Positions 24,794 to 38,351 of a DNA stretch of 64,000 nt are shown piece by piece. The notes under the pieces were generated by a model. The model ran no database searches, was not told the DNA's origin, and saw nothing but the letters and a program-made list of their open reading frames with translations. Positions within the stretch are counted from its first letter, which is position 1; every line of letters begins with the position of its first letter. Source of the DNA: Azolla caroliniana (lineage: Eukaryota > Plantae > Polypodiophyta); contig JBHGNT010000016.1 of assembly GCA_043228905.1 (NCBI GenBank), positions 4,216,001 through 4,280,000 on the forward strand. The letters run 5' to 3'. A program made the position numbers and the translations under genes.

Positions 24794-26037
24794 GTGTGTA
24801 GCCCATAATAAAATTTGGAGGATAAAACACCATGGTATACTTCAGCCAATTGAATTTTGTGAGTCTAAATCTTAAAGCATATTAAAAGTAGGACTAAGAT
24901 GTTGTGTTGAGAATGAATGGAAGCTAGATCGCATTTCTCTGCATTATGTAAATGTTTTACATTCATTGGAAGTAAAGGCCCTTACATTTTTTGTATGAAA
25001 TATGTACACCGTTGTTCTTTTGAGGTTTTAGTTTTTGCTATAATAATAATGTTAATCACTCTTGTTGTAATTATTGGTGACAAGGTGCCATGGTAACTGC
25101 TTGGAATTTATTTGTAAGCAGAAACAGATGCAATATGCCTGATTTCAATTGTAATATATGTGATCACTTTGAAAGTAAAAGGTAGTCTTTTCTGTGATAT
25201 ACTTGTAGTTTCAGTAGAGAAGCTGTGTTATAATCATCTAATGTTGCATTATTATATGATATACTTGTGCATCTTTAGCCCAATCGACACCAACGTCTTT
25301 GATTTTCACTAGCCAAACAATTCTCTTGGAATGTTTGTTTTTGCTCTACATGGAGATTCTTTAATTTTTGTTGCCCAAAAAGGAAGTTGATTGCTCAAGT
25401 TTAATTATTGTATTGAATCTATATCTCACCTTACCTTGAGAATTGCTAAAGAGGCAAAAATTCAGCAATTTTTCCAGTCAAGCCCCTTGAAAGAGGGGGC
25501 TGGGCCTTCTCTGCCTTCCACTTGAGCTTTCCAAGAAGAATCCTGGTTTGGATTGAGTTACCAGTTTGATAAGCTCTACAATTTAAATGAGGAACTAGCA
25601 CAAACAGTTTGAACTATCATAGTGTAAAGCATTGAAATCCTAGATCTCTGCCTATAGCAACGTGTACATAGAGCTAGCCTCAAGGTGGCACAAGAAGGGC
25701 CAAAGTGTAAAGGTGGGATAGTGAAGGAGAACAAAAATTTCCAAGCTCCAAGCACAACTTGATGAACATGGCTATGTGACCATGGAATCTCCTCTAGAAG
25801 CAACACAAGTGCGCTTACAAAGTATGGTCAAAGCTCACGATGAGGATGCAAAGTGAATATTTTAGGAGGCTACGTAGCTAATTGACCTTTAGCTAAAAAA
25901 CTATAATCAATTTGTAGTGTAAGAGAAGTTTGTAAATGGAATCGTGCATCAAATCACAAAATTAACAACCTAAGACAACACTACTCACGATCCAAGATTA
26001 ACAACAACAACTAGGGAAATTATTGTCTACGCACGTC

Positions 26038-26307
26038 ATAACTCCTAAATGTGAAATCTTACTAGTTTGTAAAGAGTTAAGAGTGGATATGTTATTGTAT
26101 GATGGGGTGAAGGTGTATTTGTGGGTTCCTCTGTGTAAGGCTATAATGTTGCATTCTAATTCATGATGGCTTATAACTCCTAAATGTGAAATCTTACTAT
26201 TTTGTAAAGGGTTAAGAGTGGATGTGTTATTGTATGATGGGGTGAAGGCGTATTTGTGGGTTCCTATGTGTAAGGCTATAATGTTGCATTCTAATTCATG
26301 ATAGCTT
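26038..26307. repeat. Two-copy tandem duplication, 135-bp period
   Basis: ATAACTCCTAAATGTGAAATC at 26038 and 26173. Confidence 0.9.
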
Positions 26308-26419
26308 ATTGACTGTATAAAAAGGAATCTTCACCACAATTGGTTCTCAAAAATCGTTCCTCTTCTTCTACATGTCACCAAATCACTATTGTCCTTCGGC
26401 AACTTCAATTGCAAAATAG

Positions 26420-26880
26420 CTTTGTAGAGCCCTTGGAGCTTAAGATGAGCCTCCTCAACAAATTTTATGGCAATCGAGCCTAGCTATAGGGATTTCTCAA
26501 TTATATCTGGTTGTTCATCCGTCTACAACCTCGAACGATACTCCAACTTCAGATGAGTCGAGTTCATTGGCTCTCTCTTGGCAATCCAATAGCACAACAT
26601 GCAGGTTCGAAATGACCTTCGCAAAGAGTGACAAACTCCAATCCTCGAGTAGAGAACTTTACGAGATGACCAAAGATCTAGGGCAATGTTGACATATGCA
26701 TCAGAGTTCTACCAACTAGCTTACGACATCAATGAGGATGACCAAACTCTCCTTGTTTTGTTTCGTTGTAGTCTTTAGACGAAGTAAACAATCTATTTCT
26801 TAGTGCACCCTAGACATTCATATTGGTGAGGTAATTGCCCAAGTTGTACAATGTGATAATTGGCTATATGAATTTCAGCA
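26420..26880 (+). mobile_element. Ty3/Gypsy gag remnant
   Basis: YASEFYQLAYDINEDDQTL resembles the Retrotrans_gag motif YASEFRQLA. Confidence 0.55.
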
Positions 26881-27860
26881 TCCATGATAACCAATGCTAA
26901 CCTTATGTGTGTTTATTCCCTTATGTGTATTAACTTGTCTCTCAATAGTTTTGATTAAATCCGTAGTAATTGAAATACTAAGGATAAGTGATCAATATTT
27001 AGATTAAGAAAAGAATGGTTTAAGGATGCTTAGTCATGTCGACCACCCTAGAGCAAAATACAAGGGACGAACATGATCCCATGCCACTGCATGTTTCCAC
27101 ATTCATAGGTCCTTAAGAGTAGTTTGTCCCAAGTCCTAGGATAATCTGTTTCCCACTTGTCCTACCTTTAAGCCACTAAATTTAACTTTAGAATTGGTGT
27201 CTAGGGTTATGTAGATAACACTGACATTGAGCGAGCAACCTTCTTAGTCAAGTTTTTAACTTGAGTGAGAGAATTTAACAAAGTACTCCATAGGTAATTA
27301 ATATGTTGATTAGTAGCTTAGGAGTCAATGAGAACCATCATACCCATGCCATCATCAATTAGAGGGTAGAAGATAGTCGAGTCTAGTCCTATGCGTTATA
27401 ACCTTTTTTGGCAAAGAGGTAGAACTTCGGCCCTAGTTATGCATGGCTAGAGCATACATGAATCCAATAAATAGCCTTTTGTTTGTTTGTTGTTTGATCT
27501 TTTGGGGCAAAATATGACATGAAATGGAAAAGGGTTTGAATCTATGGTTTACATACTTAATTACTAAAGTCTAAAAACTCATCTTTTCCACTCTTCTCCA
27601 CCTTCTTCTTCTTCTTCTTCTTCTTCTGATGTATGTATGTGATGTGTCCTGTCTGTAATCCGCTCATCAAAACAGAGTTATGTATGTATGTGTATGTGTG
27701 TGAGTCAATGAGTGAGTCGATGGGAAGGAAGGCCCATGTATACCTGAGACAGACACAGAGACACAGAGAGAGATGTCAAGGATTTGTGGGTTCTTGGCGA
27801 TGTTGTTGAGCTGCTAAGGAGCAGGAGCAGAACAGAGAGGAAACCCAATCAAAGCAAATT

Positions 27861-29984
27861 ATGGACTATTACAGAGTGCTGGGCGTCAGCAGGGACGCAT
27901 CCAAGGAGGAAGTGAAGGCGGCCTTCCGAAGGCTTGCCCTGCGATTCCACCCAGACCGCCAGCCATCAGATGCCTCCCAATCACAACGAGATGCCGCCGC
28001 CTTTCGATTCCGCCAGGCATCTGAAGCCTACAATGTCCTCGGTGATGCCAACAAGAGGCTCATCTACAACCGAGAAGGGCGTGCAGGTCTCCATCCTGAG
28101 GATTATTCTAGACATGCTCGCCAACAACATCAGCGACCATACTACCGGTCGGCAAGGTCGGCAACACCACGATCCACTGCTTGGAACTTTCGGATCTCAC
28201 TATCTCCTCTTGACATCGCTTTCCACGCTGTTCTAGCAGGGTAATGTTCCCTGATCTTTGTCTTCCAGAGAAATAAAAAGAGCATTTTGTTTTCTTTCCT
28301 TTTTACCCCGCATCACAGAAGGAACCATAAATGGGAGAGAGATATCGAATGGGAGATTACATCTTAAGATACTTTCTCATCTGGAAAGAGAGGGGAAGGC
28401 TGAAATGCTGGAATTGGTCAAGTGCCCTTCCCCTGCAGTTCCACCCAATAAGACAAATCATGGTTACAATTCGATCAACCTCTGATTATCCATACTTTAC
28501 ACAAAAGTAAAATATCTAGGTTTCCTAAATATCTGTGGCAATGATCTCAATGCATCAGGTGGATTTACAATCCATAATGACATGCGAGATATTTTTTCAA
28601 GCATTTCATAACCATTACCATGGGATGCATGGTAATACTTATGAATGTTTGTGGAGAAAGGCAATCAAGAAGTACATCAAGTGCATTGGGGTGTCTTCAG
28701 ATGAATAGGATGCTATGAGGAATGATCGTCATGACATGGTGCTGATATGGATCATATACCTTGTATCTCAGTAGTTTCTGTCAGGATTTTGTTAAAGCAA
28801 ACGTGCTTGGCACTGATTGGGCAGGTTGAGATGATGATGGTTTATTTGGTTGGGGGGATTCCCTTAACTTGAGGATATAATCAACCATCCCATGTGGTTT
28901 CCTACTGGGAAACATGTAAGGCTACTGGAATGTGGCCAGCCACAACTTCATCCTGTGGCAGATAGCTAGGTGGTGTTGAGACCCTAGTTTCAATAGAGGT
29001 TTGCTATTTCCTGTGTTTTCTGATTTTTAATGGCTAAGCTACACTGAGTTCCAGAGTTCGTTAAAGATATCAAATGCATCATCTCCAGGTCTTCCAATTG
29101 ATCCTGTGTTGTCTGATCTTATTGTTGAAGTCTCCATCTAGGAATACTTTGTGTGGACAGGAGTTCTACATTATGCTCTCAAATTGGATAAGGAAAACTC
29201 AGTTTCTATTCCTGTTATTTCCTTGATTATCATTGTTTACTTCCACTTATATTGATTCTGTAGGAAAGAAGTAATATATTGTAATGATAACAATGAATAA
29301 TATTCCAGCTTTGAGAGCTTGATTCAGATCCACATGTATCTAGCCTCATGTAAACTTGTATGTGTCGATGTAGGTCTTGTCAAAATAGAAGTGTGACCCC
29401 TCTCGGTCCTCTTGACATACTTTTTCTAGTGTTTCGCACACAAGCAGAAACCCACAGAGTGCCCTCTATTCCAGGTAGGCATTTCTAAGGGCTCTTGTGC
29501 ATTTATGTAATGAGGAGGATGTGTCATTGTTCAAGTGAAAGACAATACTCATTGTTTTATAAAATGTCCCATTGCTTGTCAAATTTGGAGTTGCATTTCT
29601 TAAATTGGCAAGTTTTGCCATTGTGTTATTTGACTCCAAGACAGTGCATGTTTGCATAATTCATATAGTTCGACCCAAAATCAGAGATGGAGATCATTTT
29701 CCTATTTCTAAGATGTTGGGGACTGTATCATAATTGAGATATGCACAATGCTTTTGTATTTGATGGTAGGCATGGAGTCAAAGCATATCAAGGAAAATTA
29801 AAGGGAGTACTAATGTGGCAATTTTCTTTATTGCAGCAAGTAGAAATTCTTTCATCAGAGTGTTCATTTTGCCTATTGTCAATTCAACATGTTCCACAAC
29901 TTGTGTAGTGGTGACCATACTCTGTTGTGGTACCCATTGTAATGAGTGTTGTTCACACATTTATTAATGTAATTGTGTGTTTCC

Positions 29985-30020
<36 letters not shown>

Positions 30021-30134
30021 AATGTTATATTGACATCTTTTGAGAGGCCAAAAGGCCTGGTGGACTGAATGAGATATTACATTGTAAAATGTTGTCTGCA
30101 TATGAATAAGACTAAGAAAGACGATGTGTGTTTC

Positions 30135-30175
<41 letters not shown>

Positions 30176-31123
30176 AATGTTATATTGACATCTTTTGAGA
30201 TGCCAAAAGGCCTGGTGGACTGAATGAGATATTACATTGTAAAATGTTGTCTACATACGAATAAGACTAAGAAAGACGATGTTTGACTAGGTGTGGGTGG
30301 TGAGGCCTAGGGCTACCACTCGTCAATCTGTCCTGCACCACTGCACTTATCGTCATACCAACTATTCTTGAGATCGAGACACCTTCCAAAACACAGGCAT
30401 TGCCACATACGTTAAGACACACCAATATGTAGGAAAAGCCTTCGGAAGTACATGGCAATAGTACCGCATCTGCATATGAAACTCAACCACACATTGCATG
30501 TAGCACTAGAGGATCAGGTGCAGTAGCTATTTTATTTAGAAAAAAAAATCAAGCTACTACATAAAGGTGCATATCTGTGCTGTATGTGCAAATGAATAAA
30601 CAGAAATATTTCCATCTGATAATTCATATTTCTAATAACCAGTGCAGTATCATTTTTATTTGCAAGATGCTGGTTGAAATGGATGTATTTGAAATACTTT
30701 GTATGTTTGGTTTTGTTTGTTCAAAACAGATGTGCTAATTAGATTATCGTTAATATTGAATGCTATCTATTTTCTTTAATTATGATTGATGAGAAGTACT
30801 GTTTTGAGAATCAACTCTGAAAGTGAGTTGTTCTGAAGTAACAGGATTCTAATCATTGGACTCACATATGGGGATACTATTGGGAAAGCCATATGGGACA
30901 AGAAAAATGCAGGGGTAAGGTTCTGAGAATTTTGAATTATATTACAGTTTGCATTATGTGTTTTCTTACGCTTCCCATTTAATTTGAATTATATTACAGT
31001 TTGCATTATGTGTTTTCTTATGCTTCCCATTTAATTTCTTATCTTCAGAAATCCTTTGAAGATTTAATACAGGCAGAGCACCAGAACAGAGCTCTCCAAC
31101 AAGAAGAACAACAAGAAGAGTGA
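27861..31123 (+). CDS. J-domain protein, DnaJ 72-like (J-domain plus C-terminal TM segment), 174 aa
   Basis: Exons 27861-28240, 30845-30914, 31049-31123. J-domain DYYRVLGV...FHPD...EAYNVLGD, hydrophobic segment, then IWDKKNAGKSFED. Confidence 0.88.
28850..29350 (-). mobile_element. LINE APE-endonuclease remnant in DnaJ intron 1
   Basis: Minus-strand VFLDGDFNNK and GMVDYIL motifs; homologous to 23074-23800. Confidence 0.55.
29974..30282. repeat. Two-copy tandem duplication (~151-155 bp), each copy containing (AG)n
   Basis: TGTGTGTTTCCAT..(AG)n..GATGAAATGTTATATTGAC at 29974 and 30125. Confidence 0.9.
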
Positions 31124-32749
31124 CAGTAAAGGATTTTTATTTTTTTATTTTAAATATGAAATGAATAACAAAACTTACACGCCACTTCTATCTGAGAGGA
31201 AGAGGCAAGAGTTTAGTGGAGAGATTAGAACTCACAATTGGCTACAAGATCTTCTTGCACAAAATATACCTATTATTAGCTAAATGTAACATTGTTGTAT
31301 CATTTTGTAAATATAATCTGTGTTTAATACCAACCCACATATCTAAATACATTGGTGGATGAAAGAATGTTTCTTCTAAAGAATGTTTAAAATTAAAACG
31401 AGGGATTTTGATTTGCATATGTTATGATCCTTTGCTAACTGGGCATTTCAAGTTGATGCATTTTCGGAACCTTCTTAAGTCTCTAGATATAACTGATCCA
31501 ATTTCCAGCCCACCCTTATTTCCATTAGCAAGCTCTTGTTTTATCTGCATAATCATAGGAAATCTTAACTACTTCAAATACAGGTCAGGAAAGAAGTAAT
31601 TGGTAGATTTGAGATCCATGAGTTTGATGTGAGGTGACTATGTTTAAGACATACACACTAACTGACAGTTGTTTACCAAAGCTTCAAAAAACGATGAGAA
31701 ATGAACCTTTGTTTTGTTGCTTAGTTTGGGTGGGGAGACAATATTTCGTTATTATGGGGACTGGTACCTCCAGATTTTGTTTCCCTGGACCGGAGAAATC
31801 CACGTTGGCAAAATATTTTTGCTTGATCCCCATCACATCAGGAGACTTCAAAATCTTACGCATGTCGGAGAGGTTGAATACAAACTGAAACCATCCAATA
31901 TTCTAAGTCAGTTGAAGAAATAATTTAGTTGTGGTTTGATTGCCCAGGTATTATCATTATCATTCATGTGAAAGGCCCAAAGCTAACACTCTGACATATT
32001 TGTGAGGGTTTACAATGTACATGCATGAAATACATCTAGTGGGATTATGTGAACGCATCATAAAAGAGTAGATCAATGTCCAACTAAGTTCTTACACCAA
32101 AACACACTGAAGTGTTTAAATGAATCATGATTTCCTGTATACACATTATTTACAAAGTTCTAATGTTGATCATGTGTGGCTAAAATATGTTAACTGCAAG
32201 GCACTTTTTATAATGAAAAGGAAACGTGATGCAAGACAAATCAATTATGGATGTTTCAGGCCATGGTTTCATAAAAATATACGAAGTCGCCTCTTTGAAG
32301 AGTTTCTTTTGATCATGTGTGGCTAAAATATGTTAACCGCAAAAGCACTTTTTATAGCGAAAAGGAAATGTGACACAAGACAAATCAATTATGTATGTTT
32401 CAGGCCATGGTTTCATAGAAATATTTTGAAAGTTGGTTCTTGTCAGTTGCCCCATATTTATTTTGATGGATTACTTTTTCATGACTTTTTATTGAGCCTA
32501 CTTTTTAAAGCATGCATAGTAGCTTGAGCCTAACAATTCATAGGAACTCAAACCACCACTTGATAAGTTTGGTGAAACCACTTCACAAACATAGAATTTT
32601 ATATTTTCCAGCCGTTTCAAAAAATAGCAAATAAGCCAATGGCTACACCTGCAATACTTATGCACATCTGTTCTATCCAAATATTTGTGTGCCATGCCCA
32701 TGGTGCTTGCAGTCATACAAACTGGATGTAAATAGTTTACATCTCCTCC

Positions 32750-32880
32750 TTTCAGCAAATCCTGGAGGTTGACTTACATATCTCTTCTTCCAAGTCTCAT
32801 TGAGAAAAACTAGTCTTGACATCAACTTGATGCATTTTCTATCATTTATTGGAAGCCAATTTAACAGTTCCAATAGTAAC
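32750..32880 (-). mobile_element. Copia RT remnant
   Basis: QVDVKTSFLN...YVSQPPGF across a frameshift. Confidence 0.65.
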
Positions 32881-33227
32881 CATTCTTAATATCAGTCGAC
32901 ATGCTCAATTTTGAGTCCCTCTTTTTGGAAATACATTCATCTCGCTACAAATCTATCTCTTGAACAGATTAACCCTACCATCTGTAAAGTTATCAAGTTT
33001 GAAAACCAAGTTCCTAGAGTAATTGTATGCGTGGATAGAATCAATTTGGTTGCAACTCAATATGGTTGACCACAACTTTCAGCCATGAGGGCGCCACACA
33101 TACAAAGTAATATTTAAAACATAACATTGGAGTTAGCAAGAAATATACACAAACAATGAGTAAGTCTAGTTGATTAATTAGGTAGGTGGCAACAAATATT
33201 TACAAACTGTGAGAGGAAGTCTAGTTT

Positions 33228-36200
33228 CTAGTCATTGTCACTGTCACCATCAGCGAGTTCTAGGCCTTCTGCAGCTAACAACCGCTCTACCAGCTGCTTT
33301 TGCACACTGTCATCCTGCTTTCTCCTCATCAGGTCCCTCTTCTTCAGAACTAATGTGTGTCTTCTTACCGTGCTTTCGAAGTGGGCTGCTGATGCTTGCT
33401 TTTCCCTTGCTAAGATTTTTCTCTCCTCTTCAGGATCCATCTGCGAAATAATGTACACAAGGTGAAAATATTCACGTTACTCTCACATTGTACATGTGAA
33501 TGTATGTGCATATAAATAGGTTGTACATGCTATACATACATGCATGCCTGCATACATAAATATATATCATCCTTTTCTCCATTACATAATCTTCTCGGTT
33601 ATCCTGGGTGTGAGAGAGGTGCTCAACTCGAGTTTGTGTGAAATTTTCATCAGTAATTTGACAGTAGGATTCCATTTAAATTGGAGTTTAGGGTGTATCC
33701 TGTAGCATACTGTATCCAAAATCTGTTTTAATTTATCCCCTTCCAGCTTGTATTCCCCATGGAGGTCATTCTTGGTGAAAACATTTGCAGGGTGCAGGTG
33801 GTCAATGACACTGGAGATAAGGGGCAATGGGTATCAATTCTTAATGGTGATCTGGTTGAGGCCTCAATGGTCAACACACAGACACAGGGATCCATCCGTC
33901 TTATTGACAAATAGCGTTTGCCCAAATATTCGTGAAGGATCTTCAGCTTGGGTCAGCAAGACCGTACATGGGCATGAATGGAGTCTTCCCTTCTAGATCA
34001 ATTGGACAGTTGTAAGGCCATTGTTAAGGTAGGGTATCAACATTCCTTCTAGTGAAAACATCGATGAGATGTTTGTATTTCTCTAAGAGTTGTGGGGTTC
34101 TGTCGGATTGGGGTGCTATGGATGGCAATGAAAGGATGGTTCATACAGCTCAGGCAAAGGGGGCTGCACCATAAATAAAATCTTCAAGGTGAAACGACAA
34201 TGATTGTTAGGCATGACACAGTGACAAAGCTCCATAGAGAAAGCCTCAACAAGGCAAAGGCTTGGCAGAGTTGCTAGATTTGAATGAAGGCTCCAACCTG
34301 ACTTTGGTTTCTGGCCACAGAGCAGGGTTAGGAAAAGGTAGTATGACATAAGCAGAAGCGAGTAACAATAGTACAAGGTTTGTCAAGGAAGGTGAGGGTG
34401 CACAATCATCAATCACTTTGACTCAGATTGAGGGTGGTTTTGGGGTAAGCAGGATTTAGCATTTAGCAGTAATTGACAGTAGGATTAACATTTTTGGTAT
34501 CCTCTGCTTCTTGTCATGGTTCAAGCCTTGCTGTGTGACCAGAACCCCAAAGTCAAGTTGGAACCTTTTAGTCAAATCCTCTAACTTCCTCAAACCTTGC
34601 TTCGTTGAATCTTGCATGTTGAATTGTCAAGCCTATCATCGCCACCAGCATATTCTTTGGTTGTGAGAGTGTGTAGATCATGTGGTATAAGCTTTTGGTA
34701 TCCTCTGCTTCTTGTTGTGGTTCAAGTCTTGCTCTGTGGCCAGAACCCCAAAGTCAAGTTGGAATCTTTCAGTCAAATCCTCTTAACTTCCTCAAGCCTT
34801 GCCTTGTTGAATCTTGCATATTGCGTTGTTATGCTTATCATGGCCAACAATGCGAAAGAATAAGACACATACCAACATTGTGATCATTGGACATGTTGAC
34901 ACCACTACTGGTCACCTTATCTACCAAGTTGAGAGGGATAAACAAGCATGCAATTGAGGTGTTCAAGAAGGAAACCACTGACATGAGCAAGCAAACCAAG
35001 TATGCAAATCCTTAATAAGGTCAAGGTTGTATGATATCAAATTTAATATTGCTATCGTGGAAGCTAATTCAAGAAAAAAAAAGTCACTTCAAATGTTAAG
35101 AATGCTGCCATTAAAGATCTCAAGCGTGATTTTATCGCGTTAAGAAGCTGAAAGCTTTACCTTGTAAGTAATCATTATATATCACCAATGGCTGATCAGG
35201 AATGGTTATCCGCGTATTCTCAACAGTCATACTTCTCACATAATTGGGAAGTTTGCTAAGATTCTAACCAAGATCGATAGGCAGTTTGATAATAAGATTG
35301 AGAAGGAAGCTGGCTTTTTGGAAGAAGAATGATGCAGAATATCTGGAGATGATTTCAACAAAGCCGATGATTGTCACATCCTTTGCTGGATATCTGCATT
35401 CAATTACCTGCACACTATTGTATCCATGACGGATTCTAAGTATCCCTGCTAGAACCCTATTACCATCCCTAAATAACATCAACAACAACACCTGACGAGA
35501 TTGATTTAAACAATGAATTTGAAGTCGAGGTGTGATCCTTGACTCCATGGAATACTAAGGAAAATTCCAATTCTTTGGTGCTTGGGGCAAGGCTTCTCCC
35601 AGGGAAAACACTTGCCATTGAGTCTTATTCATGCCCAAAGTACTATTCTATAACTATGCCAATATGGTACTTGGGAGACTCAAAGGAGAACCTTCTTGAT
35701 TAATATCCACTTGTAGGTTTGACCATAACATTCTTGCTAGGAAAGACGCCTAGCAGCCTAGAGTCACTACAGCAAAGTTGATGTATCCCCTTATGGTTCA
35801 GACTCATACAAACATGTGCTGATCTTCAGAAACCAATCAAATATATAATACACATATGGAGGGATGTACCTATATAGGTATATATGTACATACATGGATA
35901 CATAAACCAATATACCTTCAGTCTCGCCATGCGTCTTGCTTTTAGGTTCAATTCTCTTTGTTGTTGTTCAGCCCATGCACTTACTGCCATGTCTCCTCTT
36001 TGTTCAAATGCCTTCTTTTTTTTCATAATCCATTCTATCCATGCCTTTGAAGCCTGATTCGAGAGACAAGAGGAACTTAATAAAGATATATAATGAGTTG
36101 AAAAATTCAATGTTGCAGTGCAAAATTCCAGACTACAAAACTATCCTCATCTGAAACATAATTGCATATATATGACAACACGAAGTCTATCAGACTGACC

Positions 36201-36589
36201 TTTAATGGATTGGTTCGGTTGTCATAATCATATTGTCTCCGTTGTTCTCTGTCTATGAGTAACTCATATGCCGCCTGGATTTTGATGAATCGAGACTCAG
36301 GTGTCTCTCCTTCCTCTAACTCAACACTCCCATCATAAACTGGAGCAACATGTATATCGATAATACAAAGAAAAAATGAAAAATCTGAAACTTCCATGGA
36401 ATTCTTGGAAGAACGGAGAGAGAAAAAAGTTCAAACCATCAGGGTGGTATTGTTTTGCCATCTTCCGGTATGCGGACTTAATCCCATCGTCATCCACATC
36501 CCACTCCAACCCTGCACCATAAACACTGTTAACAGCACATTACTGTTAATATTAGACAATTCATTGTATGCACATGTGTACGACCATAG

Positions 36590-36623
<34 letters not shown>

Positions 36624-36980
36624 ATATGTGACGTGTATGCAGTAGTACTGACCCAAGACATGGTAGGGAGATTCATTGGCGGCACTCCATGTAGAAGATG
36701 TTCTGGCAGAGAAGCATATCAGCACAACTGATCTTCTTGGAGGAGGAGGAGGAGATTGAGAGTGGGATCGAAGGACGAAATTAGGGTGGGATGGATTGGA
36801 CCCTTGCTTCTTCATTTCTGAGCAGAGCCATGAAGAAGAGGAGGCGGAGGAGGGCGTTGATGATGATATTGCCGGCGATGAGGAGGATCGATGGTGCTGC
36901 TGCTGCAGCATCGACAGTAGAGGCGCCGCCATGGATTCAGTGGCGAAGAAGAATGGTGCTGCTTTGCTCATCATCATCAT
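33228..36980 (-). CDS. Chloroplast-type J-domain protein, DJC65 (At1g77930)-like, ~297 aa
   Basis: Exons 36980-36653, 36511-36437, 36339-36200, 36053-35916, 33440-33228, all GT-AG and phase-consistent. Ser-rich transit-like N-terminus, SPYHVLG...[45 protein letters not shown]. Confidence 0.92.
33740..34000 (-). mobile_element. Ty3/Gypsy RT remnant
   Basis: [38 protein letters not shown]. Confidence 0.7.
34850..35432 (+). pseudogene. EF-1alpha pseudogene (internally deleted), antisense within DJC65-like intron 4
   Basis: [47 protein letters not shown], then [16 protein letters not shown] and [27 protein letters not shown]...TKPMIV. All match eEF1A segments, with stops, frameshifts and deletions. 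Confidence 0.9.
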
Positions 36981-38351
36981 CTATCTCCTCCGTACACACT
37001 GATGAGACACAGAGACAGAGACAGAGATGAACTTTGAAGGCCCTTTCCTTAAGAGGCCAAAATGGCCTAACTAGTAGTACATAACGAAGACAAATGACCA
37101 AGCAACACCATCATCACATTCATGAACCATTACCAAACAAGAACCTCGCAACGTTTTCTTGTGTCCTCGCAAATATAACTAAAAATCAACACGACTAAAT
37201 AAGAATCCCGTTGTCTTGTACACCGTTTCGTTAGATTCTCAAAGCGGGCAAACCCTAATTTTCTTGCGTCTTCGGAAGACCTCAAGAGTATATAGATTGA
37301 TTAATTGATTGATTGATTGATCGCCCAACGGAAGATATCTCCGAAGCTAAATGAAACACATGCGATGGCGAGAGATATTGATTGGCCTTTGCCTGTTGAT
37401 GACAAGGGTGTGGAGATCGTGGTCCAAAAGCCCAAGGCCTACATGCATGACAAATTGTGATTGTCTGATCTTATTGTAACCCCTTTGCAATGTGATTGTT
37501 CTTTGTTGATGAGCGGTTTGGTTATATTGACAACCTCTCCATGTGTGTCTTCGAGTTCTAACAAGAACAGACCTAAGTATTATTGCTCATGTATTCCATT
37601 ATATTACATATTGCGGCAAAACTTTGGTTAAAGAGGCAATGGTATCATCAAAAACAGTATATTGGCAAACATAGCGATCTTCAAATTCCACTATAATGCA
37701 ATTGGGCAAATAATTTCTTCTACATATCTACCTTCCTCACGTGTAACTAGTCTAAAGAGGTCTACACTTGCTCAACCAAATTGTCCAATGCATGCAATAG
37801 AGTACCTCCATATAGATGATGCAATCACGTGTCAAGAGACATTTAAATTTAGTTCATGAGGTTTATCCAATTTCTTAATTTTAGTTCAAATAAGTCTATT
37901 CATTTTGACTTTGATCATGTTCAAATGCGAACAATCCAAGCTATATTGGAAACAATTTGCAGTTAGAGCTTTAGCATACCACCAACAATTTTGTGTGTTA
38001 ATTGTTTGGATGACATAAGTTTTGACCTTCATTTAGGGAGCTCCTAAAGTCGTGAGATACCAGTCACTCATTGGAATAATGTGGCAGTGATCATTAGGGT
38101 TGCTCATATCTATGTTCATAATTATATCATGGGGCAATGATGCTTTGCTCCTTGTCAAGTGCACATTCATTGAAACTAAAGTCTCTCTACAACATTTACC
38201 TTTTAGAGGATACTTGTTGTAACAAGTGTATCAAATAGCCAAAATGTAGTGGATGGCTCTTGGAATTGTATGTGTGTGAATTGTCTTTAAAGAGCACCAC
38301 AAGAAAGTTGAACATATGCAAACCCTTATGAAAACTAAAGCAAGCCTTGTG

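Noticed and set aside
25440-25860. Possible LINE ORF1 remnant (WIELPV-like)
   Set aside because: A single weak motif is not enough support.
29440-29965. Possible additional PPR remnant on the minus strand
   Set aside because: The resemblance is too weak to call.
33228-36980. NdhT/CRRJ assignment for the plastid J-protein
   Set aside because: It has no C-terminal TM helix, and its motifs match the DJC65-like family instead.
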